Below are positions 8,777-16,306 of a stretch of DNA of 46,646 bases, one piece after another. Origin of the DNA: a virus (Duplodnaviria > Caudoviricetes). The DNA is taken from positions 1 through 46,646 of the IMG/VR virus record IMGVR_UViG_3300048851_000078; one strand, 5' to 3'. The translations under genes and the position numbers were made by a program. Every line of letters begins with the position of its first letter. Position 1 is the stretch's first letter. Below the pieces are notes generated by a model. The model was given only the letters and a program-made list of their open reading frames with translations. It ran no database searches and was not told the DNA's origin.

Positions 8777-9147
8777 TGGCCTGCCTCCACACCAGCGCGA
8801 TATCCCGACAGGAAAACCACGTAGGCGTCCTGGGCGTATTTGTTCGAGAAGCCTGAGCCCTCCCGCTCCAGATCCTCGGGCGCAAAGCCTGCAGGGTTTT
8901 CCTTCACGAAAAGGGAGCGCGGATCGACTTCGGCGGCCACCAGCTTGATGCGCTCGTGAATGCCCGTAGGACTAGCCGCCTCGAGCTCACGCTGAATACG
9001 CTGGTAAACCTCCTCGCGGTGTACCTCGACGCTGGCTGGGGCCTGAATGCCTACGCGCGCCTGCTGGCCTTGGATGCCAAGGATGGTAACGGCGATCTCG
9101 CTATCGATGCGGAGGGCTTCGCCAATACGGCGGGTGAGAATTAGCAT
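8773..9147 (-). CDS. csrA: CsrA/RsmA-family RNA-binding protein with ~65-aa C-terminal extension
   Basis: [10 protein letters not shown]...[31 protein letters not shown] matches CsrA, including the HREE arginine; RBS AGGAGAAAGGACA before ATG 9147. Confidence 0.92.
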   Translation of the reverse strand: MLILTRRIGEALRIDSEIAVTILGIQGQQARVGIQAPASVEVHREEVYQRIQRELEAASPTGIHERIKLVAAEVDPRSLFVKENPAGFAPEDLEREGSGFSNKYAQDAYVVFLSGYRAGVEAGQ

Positions 9148-9285
9148 TGTCCTTTCTCCTGGCCGAGTGAGTCCCGGCCGCGTTCTACGGCTTCGCAAAA
9201 ATTTCGACTTTGGTCAGTGGTTCAGATCAGCCTGAGCACCGGACTGCGTCCTCTTCCCTGAAGGCGCACGCCGCTGCAAACGCCG

Positions 9286-9594
9286 TCATGCGATGAAGAT
9301 GCCGTCGTGCGACTCGTCTCTTTGATCTTCAGGAGTGGGGTTGCTTGCCCCAGCGAAACTGATCAGTCCACGGCGAAATGCTTCGGCGACTAAAGCTGAC
9401 CGGTTCGACACACCGAGCTTGAAAAAGAGACGCTCAATTGTCTTCTTTACGGTACCGGGAGCGCAGTCCATGACCCGAGCAATCTCTTTGTTTGCAAGGC
9501 CTGCGCATATAGCCAACGCGGCTCGCAGCTCCTGGATCGCGAGAAGGCCAGTTGTAGCTTGAAGCTTGCCGAAGGTGATAGTCGTGGTGTTCAT
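9286..9594 (-). CDS. Stand-alone LuxR/GerE-type HTH regulator
   Basis: 'GLANKEIARVMDCAPGTVKKTIERLFFKLGVSNRSALV' LuxR C-terminal signature, no receiver or ligand domain. Confidence 0.88.
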   Translation of the reverse strand: MNTTTITFGKLQATTGLLAIQELRAALAICAGLANKEIARVMDCAPGTVKKTIERLFFKLGVSNRSALVAEAFRRGLISFAGASNPTPEDQRDESHDGIFIA

Positions 9595-9618
9595 TGTCAG
9601 CTCCCTGTGTGTGGAGCG

Positions 9619-9680
9619 AATTTAAGCCTACTTAAGTTTCAGGGTCAACCCTGCTAAAAGAAATAATTCAGCAGCCTTAA
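9619..9680 (-). promoter_or_regulatory. PL promoter with OL operators (TTAAG-N4-CTTAA)
   Basis: TTGACC-N17/18-(T)TAAAT(T) on the minus strand; operators TTAAGCCTACTTAA (9622-9635) and TTCAGCAGCCTTAA (9667-9680). Confidence 0.75.
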
Positions 9681-9702
9681 GAGACTCATGACCCAAGGCA
9701 AC

Positions 9703-9726
9703 AAAAAGCCCGCATTTAGCGGGCTC
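9703..9726 (-). terminator. Terminator after the DUF1654-like gene
   Basis: AGCCCGC-attta-GCGGGCT stem with T-run on the minus strand. Confidence 0.8.
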
Positions 9727-9729
9727 TGT

Positions 9730-9981
9730 TCATCCCTCGCAGTATTCCCGCCAACCAACCCGATACGCCCCATCCTCATCTCTTTCAACCCGAATCCCGG
9801 CAGTGCCTGCCATTTCGTTAAGGAGGCGGCGCCAGTCCGCCGGGTCTTCGTTGGGGAGCCTGGTGATAGTCACAAATTGACGTCTCTGGACCTTCGGATC
9901 GCTCATGATTTCCTTCACGCGATGACCGATTTGCTCATAGGTGCGACTGTGACTTTGGGTGAAATCGGGTTGGGCAAGCAT
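9730..9981 (-). CDS. DUF1654-like small phage protein
   Basis: 'TYEQIGHRV..I.SDPKVQ...VTI.RLP.E...DW..LL.E' pattern; GGAGG RBS before ATG 9981. Confidence 0.75.
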   Translation of the reverse strand: MLAQPDFTQSHSRTYEQIGHRVKEIMSDPKVQRRQFVTITRLPNEDPADWRRLLNEMAGTAGIRVERDEDGAYRVGWREYCEG

Positions 9982-10000
9982 TTGAACCTCCGTATTGTTG

Positions 10001-10041
10001 CTGTACGGATATACAGTATTGGATCCCGCCATTAAGGACAA
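10001..10041 (-). promoter_or_regulatory. SOS (LexA) box overlapping a sigma70 -10 element
   Basis: CTGTACGGATATACAG (10001-10016, CTGT-N8-ACAG); TTGTCC-N17-TACTGT on the minus strand. Confidence 0.85.
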
Positions 10042-10081
10042 GGTGGAGGAGTACAAATGTTCTCCTTGCAATTCCAGGCAT

Positions 10082-10105
10082 AAAAAAACCCGCTAATTTG
10101 CGGGC
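10082..10105 (-). terminator. Terminator after cI
   Basis: CCCGC-taattt-GCGGG stem with T7 on the minus strand. Confidence 0.8.
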
Positions 10106-10126
10106 TCTTCTACTGGTTACTTTCGG

Positions 10127-10783
10127 TCAGAACTTCATAAGCGCTCTGACCACCACTCCGATAATCCTACAGTCGTCAGCGACCATTTCGATAGGGTAGG
10201 CCGGGTTCAGAGGCTTCAGAAACCTTCTGCCTCCGTCATCGACCAGCTTCTTGAAAGTCGCCTCATTGCTGTCGCCGAGCTTTGCCACCACAAGCTTTCC
10301 TGACTGAGCATCTGCCTCGGTGTCAACAAGGATCAGAGTTCCCTCCGGCACGCTTTGACCGATGGAGGACGTCATGGAATCGCCTTTCACCTCAAGCCAG
10401 AACGCTGGCCCCTTGGCGTCGTACTCGGACATCTCGTAACGGTCTGAAAACCCAGGAGGATAGGGCTCGACCGCCTCGGCCCATGCTCCAGCAGCCACCC
10501 AAGAAATCACTGGGTAACGAAACATCAGATTCGGTTGGGCCACGTCTTTGACGTTTGAGTCAGGGTCCGGCTCCCGCTCCGGGCCTTCGCCCATGGCAAG
10601 CCACTCGGCACGAAACCCGGTCGCCTTCGCCAATGCGTAGATGCTTTCCGGTCGAAGATTTTTGCTTTCACCGGTAATCCACTGCGTCACTGCCGAGGGA
10701 GACACACCGCATTCGCGAGCAATTTCGACTTTCTTCTTGCCGCTTGCCTTAATGGCTTTGACGATTCGTTCATATCTGGTCAT
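10127..10783 (-). CDS. cI: CI-like repressor (HTH + S24 autopeptidase)
   Basis: N-terminal HTH, 'VAAG' Ala-Gly cleavage site, 'GDSM' Ser and 'ATFKKL' Lys dyad. Confidence 0.95.
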   Translation of the reverse strand: MTRYERIVKAIKASGKKKVEIARECGVSPSAVTQWITGESKNLRPESIYALAKATGFRAEWLAMGEGPEREPDPDSNVKDVAQPNLMFRYPVISWVAAGAWAEAVEPYPPGFSDRYEMSEYDAKGPAFWLEVKGDSMTSSIGQSVPEGTLILVDTEADAQSGKLVVAKLGDSNEATFKKLVDDGGRRFLKPLNPAYPIEMVADDCRIIGVVVRALMKF

Positions 10784-10789
10784 GGGAAA

Positions 10790-10866
10790 ATATTAAGCAA
10801 CCTGTCTTTAAGCATGAAGTGTGCTGAAAAAGAACCTTGCGACCGAATCTTAAGTCTGCTTAAATT
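10790..10866. promoter_or_regulatory. OR region with PR and PRM
   Basis: Operators TTAAGTCTGCTTAA (10850-10863) and TGAAGTGTGCTGAA (10815-10828); PR TTGCGA-N17/18-(T)TAAAT(T); PRM -10 TAATAT 6 nt before the cI ATG. Confidence 0.75.
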
Positions 10867-10891
10867 TCTCCTATACCCAGAGGAACGATTT

Positions 10892-11158
10892 ATGAAGACA
10901 ACCGAGGCTGTTTCACATTTCGGTAGTAAGAAGAAACTTGCCGATGCGCTGGATATCTCCCCCAGCGCCGTGACGCTTTGGGGGGAAGTGATTCCGCGTC
11001 TGCGTCAGTTCCAAATCCAAATGCTCACCGGTGGCGCCCTTGCTGCTGAGGCAGCAGGTTCTACGAATCTGAGTCAATCATCCGTCAATTCTCTGGCCTG
11101 CACATCTGGGCCTGATGGCGCTGTGCGCCCATCCAGTACTTTGAAGGTGGCTCGATGA
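10892..11158 (+). CDS. cro: Cro-like repressor
   Basis: 'AVSHFGSKKKLADALDISPSAVTLWGEVIP.LRQFQIQ.LTGG.L' (P22/N15 Cro type), divergent from cI, GAGG RBS. Confidence 0.9.
   Translation: MKTTEAVSHFGSKKKLADALDISPSAVTLWGEVIPRLRQFQIQMLTGGALAAEAAGSTNLSQSSVNSLACTSGPDGAVRPSSTLKVAR
11121..11136. promoter_or_regulatory. Second putative LexA box in the cro 3' region
   Basis: CTGTGCGCCCATCCAG fits CTG-N10-CAG; the spacer is GC-rich, so probably weaker. Confidence 0.45.
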
Positions 11159-11287
11159 GCGTCTGGAAAACCTCCCAATACTTGTTGACCGGCTAAATCG
11201 CAGGCAACAAAAAGGCCCGCATTCGCGAGCCTTCTTAGCCAGTCCACGCCAATGGACTTTCTTGAATCTTCGTTCTCGGAGAACGAT

Positions 11288-11671
11288 ATGTCACGCCCAG
11301 AAAATACCACCGCCCCGCCAACTGCGCAAGAACCCGATCGTGGCCTCATCTTTTACCTCGTGATGGTCAAGCAATCGAAGATGACACTGCAGGGCCAGCC
11401 GTTGTGGAGTCGGGAATTGGCTGAAGAGCTCTTGATTATGTTGCAACCAGAGTTTCCAGATCGAGACCTCTACATCCAGCCCTACAGCGCCCCCGCAGCA
11501 GCATTTGCAGACATTGCAGGGACATGCGAGCGCCATAAAGACATGGTGGTCAGTTGTCGCTCTGCTGAACACCCGGGTCATGAATACCTAGCACGGATGG
11601 GGATATTGGCCATGTACGACGCACGTCTTGATCTTGAAAACGATGAGCCAGTTATGGGGGTCACGCCATGA
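11288..11671 (+). CDS. Hypothetical phage protein
   Basis: ORF with GGAG RBS before ATG 11288, coupled to the next gene. Confidence 0.65.
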   Translation: MSRPENTTAPPTAQEPDRGLIFYLVMVKQSKMTLQGQPLWSRELAEELLIMLQPEFPDRDLYIQPYSAPAAAFADIAGTCERHKDMVVSCRSAEHPGHEYLARMGILAMYDARLDLENDEPVMGVTP

Positions 11672-12006
11672 AAAGGGCAGTTCAGAAGTCAACCCAGAGC
11701 TTCCTGCGTAACTCAATCGACCAGTTCCCTGACGTGCTGGTGGTCGAAGGCGAGCTTCTCAGCGATGTGACTGTCAGCGCTGAACAGATGGCCCGAATGA
11801 ACGAAGCGCGCGAGACGTTCCGGGAGCTGCGCTCCATCCTCCTGGCACAGATCGTTCCATCACTCGATGGTGGTTGGAGCAACCCAATAGCCACCGAGAT
11901 TGAGCGCCGTATCGAGTCCATCCAGTTCGCTAGTGGCAACTTTTTGTGGAAAAACCGTCACGCCGGCGCATCGCATGATGCGATCCATGTTGAGTGCGTC
12001 CGATGA
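11668..12006 (+). CDS. Hypothetical phage protein
   Basis: ATGA overlaps at both ends. Confidence 0.7.
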   Translation: MKRAVQKSTQSFLRNSIDQFPDVLVVEGELLSDVTVSAEQMARMNEARETFRELRSILLAQIVPSLDGGWSNPIATEIERRIESIQFASGNFLWKNRHAGASHDAIHVECVR

Positions 12007-12770
12007 ATCCACTTGTGAGGTTCAACTTCAACGGCACCGCTATTCGCGTCATCACCGACGAGCAGGGCGAGCCTTGGTTCGTGGCGAAAGACGTCGCCGA
12101 TCTGCTGGACTACGCCGACTCCGACAAGGCGGTCCGCACCCACTGCAAGGCGTCCAAGACCTACCCCGCCGAAATGGCGGGTCAGGTCCGACACGTGAAA
12201 GTCATCCCAGAGCGCGACCTCTATCGTTTGGTAATGCGCTCGCAAATGCCGGCTGCTGAGGCATTCGAAGAGTGGGTGGTGGGTGAAGTGCTGCCCAGCA
12301 TTCGCAAGACGGGCAGCTATCAGCGTCCTATGACGCCTGCCGAGCAGCTGCTTGCCCAAGCGCAGACGATGGTCGACATAGAACGCCGGCAGGTGCAAAC
12401 CGAGCAGGCTGTAGCAGGCATCGAAAATCGGGTCGCCCAAGTGGAGCAGGTTCGCTATCTGGACTCCACGCCTGCGGGCTTCGAGTCGATGACCTCCATT
12501 CGCGCACGCATCAACCTACGCCTTGGCATACCCGAGTGGGTCGTCAACGCGGTGATGCGCGACGTACCCGGCTGCCCGCTCCCCTTTGCGCTGGTGCGGA
12601 GCAAACACGCTTCCGAGGGCGGACAACCCTATGCGATTTGGCCGAAAGCCGACGTCACACGCCGCTTTGATCGTTTCGCAACCGAATGCACCTTTGTCAC
12701 CCCCGAGCGTGCGACCCATCCAGACATTCAACAGGGACGCTTCAAGCTGCGCCCGAGGAATCCCGTATGA
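12003..12770 (+). CDS. BRO-N domain antirepressor-like protein
   Basis: 'IRVITDEQGEPWFVAKDVADLLDY..IPERDLYRLVMRS..A..FEEWV..EVLPSIRKTGSY'. Confidence 0.9.
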   Translation: MNPLVRFNFNGTAIRVITDEQGEPWFVAKDVADLLDYADSDKAVRTHCKASKTYPAEMAGQVRHVKVIPERDLYRLVMRSQMPAAEAFEEWVVGEVLPSIRKTGSYQRPMTPAEQLLAQAQTMVDIERRQVQTEQAVAGIENRVAQVEQVRYLDSTPAGFESMTSIRARINLRLGIPEWVVNAVMRDVPGCPLPFALVRSKHASEGGQPYAIWPKADVTRRFDRFATECTFVTPERATHPDIQQGRFKLRPRNPV

Positions 12771-13420
12771 AAACCGCAAGCCAAGCCGCGCTGCCGAAGG
12801 GTTTCAGCGTCGTCACCGCCCTTGTCAAAATTGCTGAGAAACCCGGAGCCACGAAAGGCACCAGTCTGATCACCACTCGCCGGATTTGCCGCATCTTCGG
12901 CGAGCGCCTGGAGGGCATCAACCAAGAACGCCGTGCAATTCGTCGTCAGGCCGGAAAGCTGCGCCATCATCTTCCGTTCACTGCGGTGCGCGTCTATGAG
13001 CTGCAGGAGCAATCTGCTCAGCATTGCAGGCAGCAGCGACAGGATCTGCGCAAAGTGCTGACTGCGTTTGGCCGCTCGCTCGTGCTCGACACGGAAGGGA
13101 TTTATGCAGCGCTCGGGTTTGATCGTGTCTGCGACCTGTTGGGCGTGAACGTAATTGAGCGGGAGAACGCAAGGAAAAACCTGACACCCCATTCCGGTAT
13201 GTCAGATCTGGTGTTCGTCGAGGCACTTGAAGAGAGCGCCGCGCGCCGGGGCCAGGATTGGAACGACACGCCGTTATTCAATGCTTGCCACATGGCGTTC
13301 TTCAACTTCTTGCAGCAATGTCCAGCGGATTTGCTGCCTGATCCCTTTGCACCTGGTGCTCCGTTCGGCCCGAAGCTGCCCCCTGAGCTGGCTGTCATTC
13401 AGGGGGGGAAGTCGCTGTGA
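12767..13420 (+). CDS. Hypothetical phage protein
   Basis: Coupled ORF (ATGA/GTGA overlaps) in the early right operon. Confidence 0.7.
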   Translation: MKTASQAALPKGFSVVTALVKIAEKPGATKGTSLITTRRICRIFGERLEGINQERRAIRRQAGKLRHHLPFTAVRVYELQEQSAQHCRQQRQDLRKVLTAFGRSLVLDTEGIYAALGFDRVCDLLGVNVIERENARKNLTPHSGMSDLVFVEALEESAARRGQDWNDTPLFNACHMAFFNFLQQCPADLLPDPFAPGAPFGPKLPPELAVIQGGKSL

Positions 13421-14151
13421 GTATGGAATCAATGGTCAAGGCCATGAAAACCAAGGTGGGCAACCCCCTGCGCAAGCTGGTGCTGATCAAGCTGGCCGAC
13501 AACGCGAACGACCAAGGTGAGGCCTGGCCCTCCTATCAGCACATTGCTGATCAATGTGAGATCGATCGCAGCACCGTGCGCAGGCATATCAAGCAGCTGG
13601 AGGCTCAAGGGCTGCTGCGCATCGAGCATCGCGACGGTCCCAAAGGTAACTCGTCGAACTTGTACTTCCTGACCCTCTCCGGTGTAGGTCCAAAAACCCC
13701 ACCTGTAGGCTCAGAAAGCACAGGTGTAGGCCAGCTGCCTACAGGGGGTGTAGGCCCAGAAAGCACCAGAACCAGTCACTTTTCTGAACCAGTCAATGAA
13801 CCTCAATCTTTGAGCAACGGGTTCGATCAGTTTTGGAAGTTGTATCCGCGCAAGGTCGACAAGACCAAGGCACATAAAGCCTGGAGCAAGTTGTCGATGA
13901 CCCCTGATCTTTTTACGACGATAACCGCCGCACTTGCTCGGCAGCGGACCAGCATTGACTGGCTCAAGAGCGGTGGTCAGTTCATTCCTCACGCCACTAC
14001 CTGGCTGAACGGCAGGCGCTGGGAGGATGAGGTGCAACCCGCAGCCATCGCCGCGCCTTCCCGTCACAGCGGATTCGACCAGATCGACTACGAGGAAGGC
14101 CTTGAGCGCGACGCGAACGGCAACTTTCGGATCGCGGGGAGCGGCCAATGA
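13417..14151 (+). CDS. Replication initiator (N-terminal HTH, O-protein-like)
   Basis: 'KLVLIKLADNANDQGEAWPSYQHIADQCE', C-terminal 'FDQFWKLYPRK..FIPHATTWLNGRRWEDE'. Confidence 0.9.
   Translation: MSMESMVKAMKTKVGNPLRKLVLIKLADNANDQGEAWPSYQHIADQCEIDRSTVRRHIKQLEAQGLLRIEHRDGPKGNSSNLYFLTLSGVGPKTPPVGSESTGVGQLPTGGVGPESTRTSHFSEPVNEPQSLSNGFDQFWKLYPRKVDKTKAHKAWSKLSMTPDLFTTITAALARQRTSIDWLKSGGQFIPHATTWLNGRRWEDEVQPAAIAAPSRHSGFDQIDYEEGLERDANGNFRIAGSGQ
13681..13770 (+). repeat. Iteron-like repeats (putative phage ori) within the initiator gene
   Basis: TGTAGG at 13683, 13704, 13725, 13749 (21/21/24-bp spacing); two units continue CAGAAAGCAC; one inverted CCTACA. Confidence 0.75.
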
Positions 14152-14930
14152 AAATCAAATACACGCTCGAAACCGCGACTCGGGACTGCCCAGATCACGG
14201 CCAATTCACAGATTCGCTGGTCGAGCAGTTCGGCGCCGAGCCGGCTTGGTACGGCTGCCCACGCTGCCACTTCGACAAACGCCACGCGCAGGAATACGAA
14301 ACCCGCACGGCTGGCGTGACGCTGCACCGTGATCGCTTGATGAATGAACGTCTGCTGGACGCTGGCATCCCGCTGCGCTTTCAGATCTCTTCGCTGGATA
14401 CGTGGGCTGCTGGTCAAGATCAGGGAAAGCTTCAGGCCTGGAGCACGGCGACCGGCTACATTGACGCCTTCAACGAGAACTTCCTCGTCGGTCGCTCGAT
14501 GATGCTGCTGGGCCAAGTCGGTACCGGCAAGACGCATCTCGCGACCGGCATCCTGCTGCAGGTCATCCGCCACTTCGGCTCGCAGGGCCTGATCGGCCGC
14601 TACGCCACCGCCGGCGGGATCATTCGTAGCGTGAAAGACACCTTCGACTCGCCGAGCAAAACAGAATCGCAGGTCTACGCCGATCTGGTCCGGCCGCATT
14701 TGCTGGTCATCGACGAGGTGGGCGTTCAACACGGCACCGACTTCGAGCGCACCGTGCTGTTTGAGGTCATCAACGGCCGATACGAGCAGCTGCGCCCGAC
14801 GATCGTGGTGAGCAACCTCGGCATGGCCGACCTGCGGCATTGCCTGGGCGACCGCGCTGTCGATCGTCTCCGCGACAAAGGCGGGCTGGTGGTGCTGTTT
14901 CGCTGGCCGTCCGCCCGGGGTGCCGTATGA
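14148..14930 (+). CDS. DnaC/IstB-like helicase loader ATPase
   Basis: N-terminal CxxH..CxxC, Walker A GQVGTGKT, Walker B LLVIDEVG. Confidence 0.92.
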   Translation: MKIKYTLETATRDCPDHGQFTDSLVEQFGAEPAWYGCPRCHFDKRHAQEYETRTAGVTLHRDRLMNERLLDAGIPLRFQISSLDTWAAGQDQGKLQAWSTATGYIDAFNENFLVGRSMMLLGQVGTGKTHLATGILLQVIRHFGSQGLIGRYATAGGIIRSVKDTFDSPSKTESQVYADLVRPHLLVIDEVGVQHGTDFERTVLFEVINGRYEQLRPTIVVSNLGMADLRHCLGDRAVDRLRDKGGLVVLFRWPSARGAV

Positions 14931-16306
14931 GTCGCGAACTGTACAACGTGGACGCTGAGCACGGCCTGCTCGGCGCAATATTCGTCGACCCATCGCTGAT
15001 TGATGAGGTCCGGTCAAAGGTCGAGATTGCGGACTTCCACGAGATCGAGAACGCCGCACTATACCGGGCCATTCTGGATTGCCGCGAGGCGGGCGACCCG
15101 GTCGACGTGATCATGGTGAGCGAGCATCACCAGTGCCTGCCCGACGGCAGCAGCATGTTGGCCTACGCCTCGACGATCCACTCAAACGCACAGGGGACCT
15201 CGAGCTGGAAAACCTACGCCCGGGTGATCCGTGAGCGCGCCGTGCTGCGCAAGGTGGTCGAGGCTGCCCATGCGATCAGCCAATCGGCCAATGATGACCT
15301 GCCGGTGGCCGAGATCATCGCACGCGGCCAACAGGCCATGGCCGATCTGCGCGACCTTGACGACGGCGAGCCGGACTATCACAAGGTCGGCGACATCCTG
15401 CCCAAAGTGATCGACACCATCGACTCGAAGTTCTCGGGCACGGCGCCGAAAGGCCTCTCGACCGGCATACCGGATCTGGACAAGCTGATCCGTGGCCTGC
15501 GCCCTGGCAACATGGTCGTCGTGGCCGGCCTTCCAGCGTCCGGCAAGACGATCCTCGGCGTGCAGATGGCCCAGCACGGCACCACCCAGCTAGGCGGCTC
15601 GGGCTTGGTGTTTAGCCTGGAAATGACCAAGGAAGAACTGGTAACGCGCAACATCGCCTCACTGGGCGCTGTGGACCTGACCCGGCTGGATGAAGGGCAC
15701 TCGCTGAAGGATGAAGACTGGCCGCGCATCACCAGCGCGGTGAGTGTCCTGCACAAGGCCCGGCTGTACGTGTGCGATCATGCCGGCATGACCGTCGCGC
15801 GCATTCGCTCGATCGCGCGCCAGTGCCAGCGCCACGAAGGACTGGACGTGATCGTCGTCGACTACATCACCCTGATCGCGGGCGAAGGCGGGCAGAATCG
15901 CACGCTGGAGGTCGGCAAGATCTCCACCGCGCTGAAGAACCTTGCCAAGGAGCTGAAGGTGCCGGTGATCGTGCTGGCGCAGCTGAACCGTGGCCCCACC
16001 AACCGCCCGGACAAGCGACCGAGGCCGAGCGACATCCGCGACAGTGGGCAGATTGAGCAGGATGCCGACGTCGTCATTCTCGTTCATCGCGACGCGGACA
16101 CCGACGAGGGCGCAAATGGCGTCACTGAGCTGATCGTCGGCAAGTGCCGCCATGGCAAGCCGGGAACGTGTCTGGTGCAGGCACAAGGGCAGTTCGTGCG
16201 CTTCGTGCCATTTGGTGGGAAGCCACCGAGCGACGAAGAGGTGGAGATGGGCCGGGTGCTGAAGTTCACCGGCCGCAACCATCGAGGAGGCGCGGACGAT
16301 GAGTAA
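14927..16306 (+). CDS. dnaB: Replicative DNA helicase DnaB
   Basis: 'GLPASGKT', 'FSLEM', 'VDYI', 'LAQLNR', 'SDIRDSGQIEQDAD', 'KCRHG'. Confidence 0.95.
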   Translation: MSRELYNVDAEHGLLGAIFVDPSLIDEVRSKVEIADFHEIENAALYRAILDCREAGDPVDVIMVSEHHQCLPDGSSMLAYASTIHSNAQGTSSWKTYARVIRERAVLRKVVEAAHAISQSANDDLPVAEIIARGQQAMADLRDLDDGEPDYHKVGDILPKVIDTIDSKFSGTAPKGLSTGIPDLDKLIRGLRPGNMVVVAGLPASGKTILGVQMAQHGTTQLGGSGLVFSLEMTKEELVTRNIASLGAVDLTRLDEGHSLKDEDWPRITSAVSVLHKARLYVCDHAGMTVARIRSIARQCQRHEGLDVIVVDYITLIAGEGGQNRTLEVGKISTALKNLAKELKVPVIVLAQLNRGPTNRPDKRPRPSDIRDSGQIEQDADVVILVHRDADTDEGANGVTELIVGKCRHGKPGTCLVQAQGQFVRFVPFGGKPPSDEEVEMGRVLKFTGRNHRGGADDE

